The translations under genes and the position numbers were made by a program. This document shows positions 52,710 through 64,000 of a DNA stretch of 64,000 bases, one piece after another; the first letter of the stretch is position 1, and every line of letters starts with the position of its first letter. This stretch comes from Octopus sinensis (Eukaryota). The notes beneath the pieces are model-generated. The model searched no databases. It saw nothing but the letters and a program-made list of their open reading frames with translations, and had not been told where the DNA came from. The DNA is taken from assembly GCF_006345805.1 (NCBI RefSeq), contig NC_043001.1, positions 127,472,001 to 127,536,000 of the forward strand, in the 5' to 3' direction.

Positions 52710-53400
52710 AACAGCAAACAAGATGAGGACAAATATCCATCAAATGTAAATAATGTAAATAATGTAAATAATGTGCGTAATTCCTCATCTCTTAAATATG
52801 GAACTGAAGTACCAGGCTTATAAAAAAAAGTACTGGAGTCGATACATTCGTCTAAAAATTCTTCAAGGGTTGCCCCAACATGACTGCAGTCAAATGATTG
52901 AAACAAGTAAAAGATAAACAGGGACGAGGGGAGAGTTGGCAAGGCTGTGTAGTTAAGGAGTTAAGAAGCTCGCTTTGTAACCACGTGGCTCAGTCCCACA
53001 CCACAGTACTTGACTTCTGCTATAATCCCAGACTAATCAATGAATTTAGTAGGCGCAAACTGTGTAGAAACTCGTCGTACATAATGTGTGTGTGTGTGTG
53101 TCTGTCTGTCTGTCTTTGTGTATGTGTTTGTCCCACCACCACCAGCGTTTGTTAACCAGTCTTGGTTTGTTTATGTCCCCGTAAATTAGCCATTCAGCAA
53201 AAGAGTCCGATAGAATGGGTATCAGACTTTGAAAAATAAATTGGTATTGGGGTCGATATCATCGACTAAACCCTCATAAGCGTTGCCGCGCTTGACCGCA
53301 GTCCAATGACAAACAAGTTAAATATAAAAGAAAAAAATGAAAGAGATGTATATGTGGATAAGTGCATGTGTATTTCTCTGTTAACCTCTTTTTTTCTTAT

Positions 53401-53776
53401 TGGAAGCACTCCGTCGGTTACGACGACGAGGGTTCCGGTTGATCCGATCAACGGAACAGCCTGCTCGTGAAATTAACGTGTAAGTGGCTGAGCACTCCAC
53501 AGACACGTGTACCCTTAACGTAGTTCTCGGGGATATTCAGCGTGACACAGAGAGTGACAAGGCCGGCCCTTTGAAATACAGGTACAACAGAAACAGGAAG
53601 TAAGAGAAAGTTGTGGTGAAAGAGTACAGCAGGGATCACTACCATCCCCTGCCGGAGCCTCGTGGAGCTTTAGGTGTTTTCGCTCAATAAACACTCACAA
53701 CGCCCGGTCTGGGAATCGAAACCGCAATCCTACGACCGCGAGTCCGCTGCTCTAACCACTGGGCCATTGCGCCTCC
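53401..53776 (-). mobile_element. SINE family 3
   Basis: Near-identical to 32625 and 46968. Confidence 0.9.
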
Positions 53777-54125
53777 TATTTTTTTTTTATTTTCTTATTA
53801 CACCACACACAAAACCACATTAAATACCATTTCACATATGCACTCTTTCATCTATATAAGCACGGACATTATTTCTCTATTAACGCAAATACTTTCCATG
53901 CATGAACACACAAACATCGACGACGCTTTTATCTACACGCCATTAGGCGGTTTCTGCCCCGCCTGTAGACTGCAGCGCGAACCGAAGTCTGCAGGCGTGG
54001 CAACACTATGTCTAGCAAAAAAAGAAAGAAAGAAAGAAAATAAGTGATGATCGCGGATTGCATGCCTTCGACCATGGGTGTTTGTTCGCTCATGTCTGAT
54101 CTGGGGGTTAAACAACAGCAATAAC

Positions 54126-54162
<37 letters not shown>

Positions 54163-54167
54163 CTTCT

Positions 54168-54205
<38 letters not shown>

Positions 54206-54399
54206 CGGTTTGATTGATGGATATGCATATATCCCGTAACTTAGCTGTTCAGCCAAAGAGACCGATAAAATAAGTACCAGGCTTAAAGTAAAAATGTAAG
54301 TACTGGGATCGACTCATTCGACTAAAAATTCAAGGCCGTGCTCCAGCATGGCCGCAGTCTAATGACTGAAATAGATAAACTATATATAAATATAAGTGT

Positions 54400-54437
<38 letters not shown>

Positions 54438-54850
54438 TGTGACATATGCAGACCCTTCTAATCATCATAGTTTACAGGGATATACAATCGACAATAACCT
54501 ACGATAGTAGTAGCCCCGTCAGAATCAGAAGTAATGCCTAGTTGACAACAAACATCACACTGACAATGTCTGTGTGTATTTATATATTTTAATCCACTCA
54601 TTGGCAAACTCTGACCCGCAAGAATTTCTAATGAAAAATTACCTGGAAGTGTCTGGTCCTACAGCCCGCCTGGCGATGAGCAACAGCTTATGAGGCCCGC
54701 TTCTCGGAAAAGGTTGCCTATGCCTGTTTTAATCACTGTTAACAATATCAGATGGTTTTGTTTTTCGTTTGTGTCTAATTTATATTTATTTTGGCTCAAC
54801 CGATATTCTCGAGATTCTATTGATCAATTTTGATAAAGAAGTTTTATAAG

Positions 54851-55256
54851 AACTAGGAGTATAGCCCGGCGTTGCTCGGGTTTAGTTTCTTTTCGACCCT
54901 TTAGAATTGGAATTTTTGAAAAGTAAAAATTTTGCATTATGTAGCTTGTTATTCTCTTTAAGTGAACATTTTTCTGGTTGAAATACACCGACAAATGGCG
55001 ACACAGCAGTCAAAAAATCGTTAAAAAATAGGGATTTTCATAGAAAAAAAGCACCTTTTTTATATAAATAATTTTTGGTCTTAACATGGTCCGATTTGAA
55101 TTTTTTCTTCTACGGAATGAAGAGCAAGCCTTCTTCTATCATACTCACAATTTTGGTCAATTTGCGCCGCAGGGTCTCGGAGGACATAATGTTAGTTGAA
55201 GGCTACCAAACCTGCCACACACACACACAGACAACTTCAGCTTTATATATATAGAT
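54851..55256 (+). mobile_element. Non-autonomous Helitron/Helentron-like element (HINE/Lep1-like architecture)
   Basis: Starts aactaggagtatagcccggcgttgctcggg (hairpin); internal (CA)n/cagaca; ends caacttcagctttatatatatagat. Confidence 0.6.
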
Positions 55257-55356
55257 ATTGATATTAGTCACACTTTTCTTATCACCACCCAAAAACACAC
55301 ATCTCAGAAAATCTTGATTCTATAAATTATATGGGAGGTTCACGTTTTGATTTTAT

Positions 55357-55557
55357 AGGCGCAGGAGTGGCTGTGTGGTAAGTAGCTTGTTTACCAACCT
55401 CATGGTTCCGGGTTCAGTCCCACTGCGTGGCACCTTGGGCAAGTGTCTTCTACTATAGCCTCGGGCCGACCAAAGCCTTGTGAGGGGATTTGGTAGACGG
55501 AAACTGAAAGAAGCCCGTCGTATATATGTATATATATATATGTGTGTGTGTGTGTGT

Positions 55558-55603
<46 letters not shown>

Positions 55604-55810
55604 TGCGTCTGTGTTTGTCCCCCTAGCATTGCTTGACAACCGATGCTGGTGTGTTTATGTCCCCGTTCCTTAGCGGTTCGGCAATAGAGACCGATAGAAT
55701 AAGTACTGGGCTTACAAAGAATAAGTCCCGAGGTCGAATTGCTCGATTAAAGGTGGTGCTCCAGCATGGCCGCAGTCAAATGACTGATACAAGTAAAAGA
55801 GTAAAAGAGT
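55357..55810 (+). mobile_element. SINE family 1, full length
   Basis: As 17767. Confidence 0.9.
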
Positions 55811-56428
55811 AAGCTATATATATTTGTAATTATATTTCGGTTACTGTATTCAATCAGATTTTTTTAATGCTCTGGTAAATTCATCGCGGGTAATTACGTC
55901 AACAGGCAAATTTGCCGCCTGCAAATTCATCACCTGATCATCATGTCAAAACATCATCAAGCTTTTTATCCTCGGAATAAATACATCGCTAAACATCATC
56001 TAAAGTTTTTAATTACAGATTATGCATTTCATAAACAATGAAACAAAAATTTCGATGATAATATAATTATTAATATCAAACTTATTCATATATACGTGAA
56101 AAAATGCAAATTAAAGTTGCTGTTACAAATAGAAAAGGTACAATAATAAATAGCTGCAGTATGAAAATAACATTGTTTCAAAATGCTATATAATTATACC
56201 ATATGTTGCATATGTATAAGTATGTATGTGTGCGTGTAAGTATGTGTGTGTACATATATATATATGTGTGTGTGTGTGTTTGTGTGTGTAAAGAGTATTT
56301 GAAGTGGTGTACAGATAATGTATATCAAGAAGGAGGTAGTCAGAATTTTGGATAATCCTTTCGTTCGTTTAATCGAGAAGGTAAAACGCTAATAAAGAAT
56401 TATCCAAAATTCTGTCTGCCTCTTTCTT

Positions 56429-56472
<44 letters not shown>

Positions 56473-57239
56473 CGGTTTGATTGATGGATATGCATATATC
56501 CCGTAACTTAGCTGTTCAGCCAAAGAGACCGATAAAATAAGTACCAGGCTTAAAGTAAAAATGTAAGTACTGGGGTCGACTCATTCGACTAAAAATTCAA
56601 GGCCGTGCTCCAGCATGGCCGCAGTCTAATGACTGAAATAGATAAACTATATATAAATATATAGTATACTTGTATGCATGTATATGTACGTATGTGCATA
56701 TCTGTATCTTTTGTGTTTATCTCTTTACTGCTTGACAACCGGTGATGGTTTGATTACGTCTCATAACTTAGGGGTTCAGCAAAAGTACTGATATAATAAA
56801 TACCTGACCTAAAATATGTCCTGGGATAGATCTGTTCGAATAGCCCTACCAGGCGTTGCTCCAGTATGACGAATTTACTGACGATGTGTCTCCTCGCGAT
56901 ATAACTACCTTATAATGAAATGAAATGGTAATATTAAGTCCTTTAAATATCACTCTCTGAAGCCCTAAGACTCATAGCGCTGGTTAATTGGTTTCCATGG
57001 CATACACGTGAATGAGGCACTACAGTCCCTTTGAACGGGATGCCGGTGCGATGAAGGTTTTTCATTTACAGCTGAGTGAACTGGAGTAATATGAAGTAAA
57101 GTGTTTTACTCAAGAACACATCGCACCGCCTGCTCCGTGGAACGAAATCGTGATCTTGCAATCATAAGTGCACTACCTATTTCTTTTACTAGAAGTGAAA
57201 GCACGCTATAAAAAATAAAACTACTGAATAATAATAATA

Positions 57240-57291
<52 letters not shown>

Positions 57292-57421
57292 TAATAATAA
57301 TGTTTTCTACTCTAGGCACAAGGCCCGAAATTTTGGGGGACGGGGCTAGTCGATTAGATCGACTCAATAATAACAACAACAACAACAACAACAACAATAA
57401 CAATGATAACAATAACAATGA

Positions 57422-57455
<34 letters not shown>

Positions 57456-57467
57456 TAATAATAATAA

Positions 57468-58924
57468 ATGAACTGACCAAAATAGATAGGAAAACAAGAA
57501 AAATAATGACAGGATCTAGGATGCATCACCCAAAATCTGACATAGAAAGACTATATACAACGTATTAGAGGTGGTAGAGGCCTTATACAGCTGGAAAACT
57601 ACTATAAAATACCACCATAGGACTGCAAAAATATCTACTTCAGAAGGAAGGAAAACTGATCCAGATAGCGGCAAAACACGACAAAACGCAAAAACGAAAA
57701 AACTGTTTTCAGTATTTAAGGAAGCTGACAAATACAAACAAGAAATCATACCACCTAATAAACATGAGAAGAAGAAGAAGAAGATGAAGAAACAACAAAA
57801 GCTATAAAACAAATGAAATCCAAACTAAAATAGAACAGCACGAACCATGATAAAACGATGGCAAGAAAAGCCCCTTCATGGTAAATACTGCACTACTAAC
57901 TAAACGCAAAAGAAATAGACAAAGAAAAATCCAGCAATGGTTGAGAAGCTCAGGACTCAAAGCAGAAACAGAGGGATTTTTAATTGCAGCACAAGACAAG
58001 CCAAAGCCTCCCCACAGAAATTACCAAAAACATGTAATGAAAAGAAATATTACAAGTAACTGCAGAATATGTGGAGATGGACAAGAAACAATAATCATAT
58101 ATCTCTAGCTGCCCAGTCCTGGCTAAGAAGGAAATATTTCACAGACATACTGACAGAGTTGGAACCTACATACATTGGAAGCTATGCCAACATTATGGAA
58201 TAACAACAGAAAAAGATGGTATAGGCACACACCAGAAAAGGTTCACAGAAAACGAGAAAGCAACCATATTCTGGGATATGCCGATACACACAGATAGAGA
58301 AATTAAGGCCAAACAGACCAGATATAGTTGTCAGAGATCATGAAGAAAAAAATGCTTTCTAATTGATGTATCAATACCGGCTGATGACAACGTTCTCTAA
58401 AAGAAATGGAGAAACTCTCAAAATACAAAGACCTGGAAATAGAGGTAACTAGAATGTGGAATCTGAAAACAGAAACATTCCTATCATAGTAGGTGCATTA
58501 GGCATGATAAAAAAATATTCAGACAAATACATAACAAAAACACCAGGACTTACAAACACATATAACATACAGAAAATTGCACTACTAGGCACTGCACACA
58601 TCCTACGCAGAACACTTTCCATACAATAACCATCAGAGCATCACAACAAATCACAGCACATACCCAAGCACACAGAGCTGCGCTCGGTAGTGAAGTGAAG
58701 CACGCTATAAAAAATAAAACTACTGAATAATAATAATAATAATAATAATATAACATACAAAATTGCACTACTAGGCACTGCACACATCCTACGCAGAACA
58801 CTTTCCATACAATAACCATCACAACACCATCACAGCATCACAACAAATCACGCACATACCCAAGGCACACAGAGCTGCGCTCGGTAGTAAAGTGAAAGCA
58901 CGCTATAAAAAATAAAACTACTGA
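57468..58924 (+). mobile_element. R4/Dong-like subfamily B 3' fragment with tandemly duplicated 3' end
   Basis: HHPKSDIERLY..GGRGL, GLKAETEGFLIAAQD, CRICGDGQET, RPDI; near-identical to the reverse complement of 14215-14985; 3' 175 bp repeated at 58751-58924. Confidence 0.9.
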
Positions 58925-58944
58925 ATAATAATAATGATAATAAC

Positions 58945-59265
58945 AAATGCAGAATATGCGGTGTGAGTATTGTAACTAAATGCAAAAGATGCGACATGAG
59001 AATGTGGCAAGAATGATCGCTTGGGAACTTTGTGGAAATTACGGCCTAGAAAGATCGAAGACGTGCCCAATCCCTAAAGGAGTTATAGAGAATAAAGATT
59101 TTGAAATCCTGCGGAATGCACTGATTCTGTGTGACCGTCAGATTAAACATCGGAAACCTGACATTGTGGTTAACAGAAAAGTAAAAACCTGCCAGATAAC
59201 TGACATAGCACGTCCTGGTGACAACAGGTTTGGAGACAAAGAAGGAAAAGTAACTTCAATGAACT
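58945..59265 (+). mobile_element. R4/Dong-like endonuclease fragment
   Basis: RHENVARMIAWELCGNYGL, RKPDIVV, ITDIARPGD; flanked by (TAA)n. Confidence 0.75.
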
Positions 59266-59279
59266 GAAGTGGGAAACTA

Positions 59280-59311
59280 ATAATAATAATAATAGTAATA
59301 ATAATAATAAT

Positions 59312-59360
<49 letters not shown>

Positions 59361-59884
59361 ATAATAATAATAATAAAATAATAATATAATATCATAATAA
59401 TAATATAATAATAATAATAATAATATAATAATAAATAATCATAATACTAATAATAATAATATAATAATAATAATAATAATAATAATATAATCATAATAAT
59501 AATCATAATATAATAATAATAATAATAATATACTAATAATAATAAATAATAATATCATAATAATCATAATAATAATATAATAATAATCATAATAACTAAT
59601 AATAATAATAATATCATAATAAAATCATAATCCTAATATAATATAATAATCATAATACTAATAATAATAATAATAAAATAATAATCCTAATACTAATAAT
59701 AATAATATAATAATAATAATAATAATAATAATATAATTATAATAATAATAATAATATAATAATAATCAAATACTATACTAATATAATAATAATAATAATA
59801 ATATATACTATACTAATAATAATAATAATAATATAATAATAATAATCATAATACTAATAATAATAATAATAATAATCATAATAC

Positions 59885-59927
<43 letters not shown>

Positions 59928-59935
59928 CATAATAC

Positions 59936-59999
<64 letters not shown>

Positions 60000-60020
60000 C
60001 ATAATACTAATAATAATAAT
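59280..60020. repeat. Imperfect (AAT)n array, about 740 bp
   Basis: Direct inspection. Confidence 0.95.
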
Positions 60021-60021
60021 A

Positions 60022-60458
60022 ATTCTGCTCAATACCACAGATTTGCTTGTCAGTTGTTTGACCTTAACCATTGAGCTTCCCTTAGTGGCTGACAATACGT
60101 GCATCTCTGATCACGAGCAGAAGTAGTGGGGGAGCATCAGGCCAATTTGTTGAGAGGGATTCTTTGGAGTTTGAATAATTCACCTCTGGAAACATAGGTG
60201 TTTCGTTCAACATCCTAAAGCAACCCTTATTCAGGGACCTTTTGAGCGGGATGGGCTACTCAACCTGAAGAAAATTCTAACTGGGCCCCCACCTGCAAGT
60301 CATGTGCTTTTATCTTGATATGAGATCACCATGTCGCGCACATATGGTTGTGATGCATGTGCCTGGTGTACCTTTATCAGACGGTAGTCATGATGGGTAT
60401 TTGGCTTCGTATATTTTACCCCAGTGTCACTTTGATGGCATGAACTGCTCTCTCACTC
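60022..60458 (+). mobile_element. 558-bp element, 5'-truncated
   Basis: Lacks the first ~115 bp; 3' end ctctctcactc-aataat intact. Confidence 0.85.
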
Positions 60459-60596
60459 AATAATAATAATAATCTCATAATACTAATAATAATAATAATA
60501 TATAATAATAATCAATACTAATAATAATAATAATAATAAAATAATAATCATAATAAAATAATAATATAATAATATACTCATAATAATAATAATAAT

Positions 60597-61088
60597 GTCT
60601 TGGTATAAAAGATGGGCTGTTCTGGTATAAAAGATGGGCTACAGCAAATATTCGCTCAATACCACAGATTTGCTTGTCAGTTGTTTGACCTAACCAGTTG
60701 AGCATGTCCCTTAGTGGCTGACGATATGTGCATCCTGATCACGAGCAGAAGTAGTGGGGGAGCATCATAGCCATGTGTTGAGAGGGATTCTTTGGGGTGT
60801 TGAATAGTTCACCTCTGGACATGGGTGGTTCTTTCAACATCCTTAAACCCCCTTATTCAGGGACCGTTTGAAGCGGGATGGGCTACTCAACCTGAAGAAA
60901 ATTCTAACTGGGCCCCCACCTGCAAGGTCATGTGCTGTTTATCTTGATATGAGATCACCATGTCGCGCACATATGGTTGTGATGCATGTGCCTGGTACCT
61001 TTATCAGACGGGTAGTCATGATGGGTATATTGGGCTTTCGATATTTTACCCCAGTGTCCACTTGATGGCATGAACTGCTCTCTCACTC
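60597..61088 (+). mobile_element. 558-bp element, 5'-truncated
   Basis: Lacks the first ~85 bp and has a short 5' duplication; 3' end intact. Confidence 0.85.
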
Positions 61089-61136
61089 AATAATAATAAT
61101 AAATAATAATAAAATAATAATAATAATAATAATATC

Positions 61137-61177
<41 letters not shown>

Positions 61178-61179
<2 letters not shown>

Positions 61180-61340
61180 CTAGTGGTGGTCGACAAGATG
61201 CACCACATGTGCTATATAGTTGATGTCGCGTGCCCCTTTGACCCACGAACAGTCAAGAAGGAAGGCGAAAAAATAGATAAATACAACCCTCTTAAGTACG
61301 AAATAGTCTGGCTATGGAAAATGAAGATGAAGATAGTGCC
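61178..61340 (+). mobile_element. R4/Dong-like endonuclease fragment
   Basis: VVVDKMHHMCYIVDVACPFD...EKIDKYNPLKYEI. Confidence 0.75.
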
Positions 61341-62026
61341 ATTATTATTATTATTATTATTATTATTAATATTATAGTTGTTGTTTATAAGGTGGTAAGG
61401 TAGTAGAATCGTTAGCACGCCGGACAAAATGCTTAGTGGTGTTTCATCCAACTTTACGTTCTAAGTTCAAACTCCGCCGAGGTCGACTTTACCTTTCATC
61501 CTTTCGGAGTCGATAAATCAAGTACCAGTTGAGTACAGGTGTGTTTATGTCATCGACTATCCCCCTCCCTTAGAAATTGCTGGCCTTGTGTCAAAATTCG
61601 AAACCGCTATTGTTGTTGTTGCTGTTGTTGTTGTTGCTGTCACTATTCCTTTCCAGCTATAGCAAATTGTTTGCAATTTGCAAGTCGATCACGAATCCCA
61701 CAATAGACTGTTGTGAGACGATTTAATGGAGCAGTACGTAACATAAGTCATGGTTGAATTCCAAAGAATTAGAGAGCGGGATATTAAAAAGCTAGGCGAG
61801 TGGCGTCAGAGGAAATTATGTACATATGGTTTAATGTTGCTTAGGAGACACTTAAGGGCTAAAAAATTGAAAAACAAGAAAAAGAAATCTGAAAGGAGGG
61901 GCAACATCTACATTTTGTGTAACTTTTGTTTGCTTTAATTGTCTCTGTTTGTATAGATGTGTATTTACATACACACGCACACAACCCCCTCAAACACCTA
62001 AACCCACCCACACAAACACACACACA

Positions 62027-62104
<78 letters not shown>

Positions 62105-62541
62105 TACACACATACACACACGCACATACACATGCATGCACATACACACAGTCTTTATAATAAGTACTCAGGAAAAGAGCGACTAGCTGATCTTCTTCGG
62201 CACCCAAGGTTTCCCTAAAAATGTCGTCGAACTTTTCCTCCACTAATCCTCTATAAAAGATAAAGTGGACTACCACCTATCGCTATGTCTGATTGGCTGA
62301 GGGCTGTGAGCGCTTGAAGGCATTCCACTTTCCAAATGCTCCCCCTCGTAATAATAATAATCATTCCAGTCGCTGTAGGGGCACTCGGAGCACTAACTAC
62401 AAAGTCATAAGAATTTAGAAACTTCGAGAGACGTGAAATAATTAGCTTTTAACGGTAAAACACGAAGTAGGTAAAGCTATAAATATAATCATTTATTTAT
62501 GCCTCTGTGTGTGTGCGCGTGCGAGCGAGCATGTGTGTGTA

Positions 62542-62603
<62 letters not shown>

Positions 62604-62614
62604 TGCGTGTGTGT

Positions 62615-62698
62615 ATTAGGATGGCTGAGCGGCTTAAGATGCCAGACTCATGTTCTGGCACACGAATGTCGGCGTGTGTTCGGATCCCACTTCTGGCA
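62615..62698 (+). tRNA. tRNA-Leu(CAA)-derived pseudogene, anticodon now CAT
   Basis: aggatggctgagcggcttaagatgccagactCATgttctgg...gttcggatcccacttctggca is colinear with eukaryotic tRNA-Leu-CAA including the long variable arm; weak acceptor stem, altered B box. Confidence 0.75.
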
Positions 62699-62719
62699 GA
62701 TAATTTTTTTCTATAGTTG

Positions 62720-63092
62720 CAGGCGTGTCTGTGTAGTAAGAAGTTTGCTTCCCAGCCACATGGTTCCGGTTTCAATCCCACTTAGCGGCACTTTGGGCAA
62801 ATGTCTTCTACTATAGCCTCAGGCTAACTAAAGCTTTGTAAATGGATTAGGTAAACAGAAACTGAAAGAAGCCCATCGTTTGTGTGTGTATGTGTGTGCG
62901 TGTTTGTCTCCCACTACTGCTTGACAACCGGTGTTGATGTGTTTACGTCCCGGTAACTTAGCGTTTCGGGCAAAGAGGCCGATGGAATAAGTATCAAGCT
63001 TAAAAAAATATAAATACATTCGACTGAAAACTCTTCAAGGCGTGCCCCAACATGTCTGAAGTTAAATGACTGAAACAAGTAAAAGAATAAAA
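62720..63092 (+). mobile_element. SINE family 1, diverged
   Basis: Head ccacatggttccggtttcaatccc and tail gactgaaacaagtaaaag. Confidence 0.8.
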
Positions 63093-63299
63093 GAAAATAT
63101 AAAATACGTATAGGCATATAAGATGTATATGCATATGGTGGCTGCCCCCTCGTTATCGAGTATGGCCATTGCACGAAGCTTAATCAATCTTGTTATCGTG
63201 CAATGCCCGTGCAAGACAATTTTTTTTAAAGTGAGGAAAGGCTGTGCACTGAGTCAATCCCACTCACTAAGCAACAACACCCATAATCCAAAATAAAAA

Positions 63300-63545
63300 C
63301 AAGTCAACATCATCGGTAACCACTGAGCCGCAGGTTTTATGTCGGAGTTATCCCAGTTTCCTGAGTTACCTTCTCCTAGAAGGATGCCCTAACAAAGGCT
63401 AGGAGTCCTTCATTCCTAATGGTTTAATCGCGCGATCGGGTATTCAGTCCGATTATTTCTATGTCCCCGCGCATGATACAGCCTTAAGGCATTTATTGGA
63501 TGGCCGTTGACTCTTAAGAGTTCCTCCGCCCTTTGAAACATATAG
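63300..63545 (-). mobile_element. Probable RTE-clade 5' UTR fragment
   Basis: Minus strand agggcatccttctaggagaaggtaactc resembles the RTE 5' UTR motif as I recall it. Confidence 0.4.
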
Positions 63546-63627
63546 CCACATATATATAGGCATATAGGTGTGTGTGCACGTGTAGATGTATATATGTATG
63601 TATGTATTTTATTCTTTTGTTTTATTC

Positions 63628-64000
<373 letters not shown>

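Noticed and set aside
53960-54020. GC hairpin followed by CTAG, like a Helitron 3' end
   Set aside because: The base after CTAG is C rather than T, and no matching 5' TC end was identified
62250-62300. TATA-like tataaaag and CCAAT-like attgg as a promoter
   Set aside because: Wrong order, common motifs in AT-rich DNA, no downstream gene

Overview
Eukaryotic, AT-rich, microsatellite-dominated DNA with no intact host protein-coding gene that I can recognise. It is probably intronic or intergenic, and the repeat content suggests an octopod cephalopod (inference, not verified). Nearly all ORFs in the supplied track are translations of (CATA)n, (TA)n, (TAA)n or (CA)n repeats. The real content is a layered transposon landscape: decayed L1/Tx1-type LINEs, many R4/Dong-like restriction-endonuclease LINE 3' fragments sitting in or beside (TAA)n tracts, RTE fragments, two Penelope-like (PLE) remnants (RT and GIY-YIG), at least four tRNA-derived SINE families, mariner, Tigger-like, Tc2-like, hAT and Helitron-like non-autonomous elements, a SINE-interrupted MULE/SWIM-type relic, a two-exon pseudogene of unknown family and a tRNA-Leu pseudogene. 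The most notable observation is a set of seven type-I hammerhead-ribozyme-like motifs (213, 18327, 37251, 39180, 41229, 49148, 52664), found by eye. Most have the palindromic helix III typical of dimer-acting PLE hammerheads. One carries a G3:C8 compensatory core swap inside a perfect foldback, and another abuts a second foldback. A 558-bp orphan retroposon anchored in (TAA)n is also present in six copies. All family assignments come from motif recognition without database searches, and most coordinates are approximate to within about 10-20 bp.
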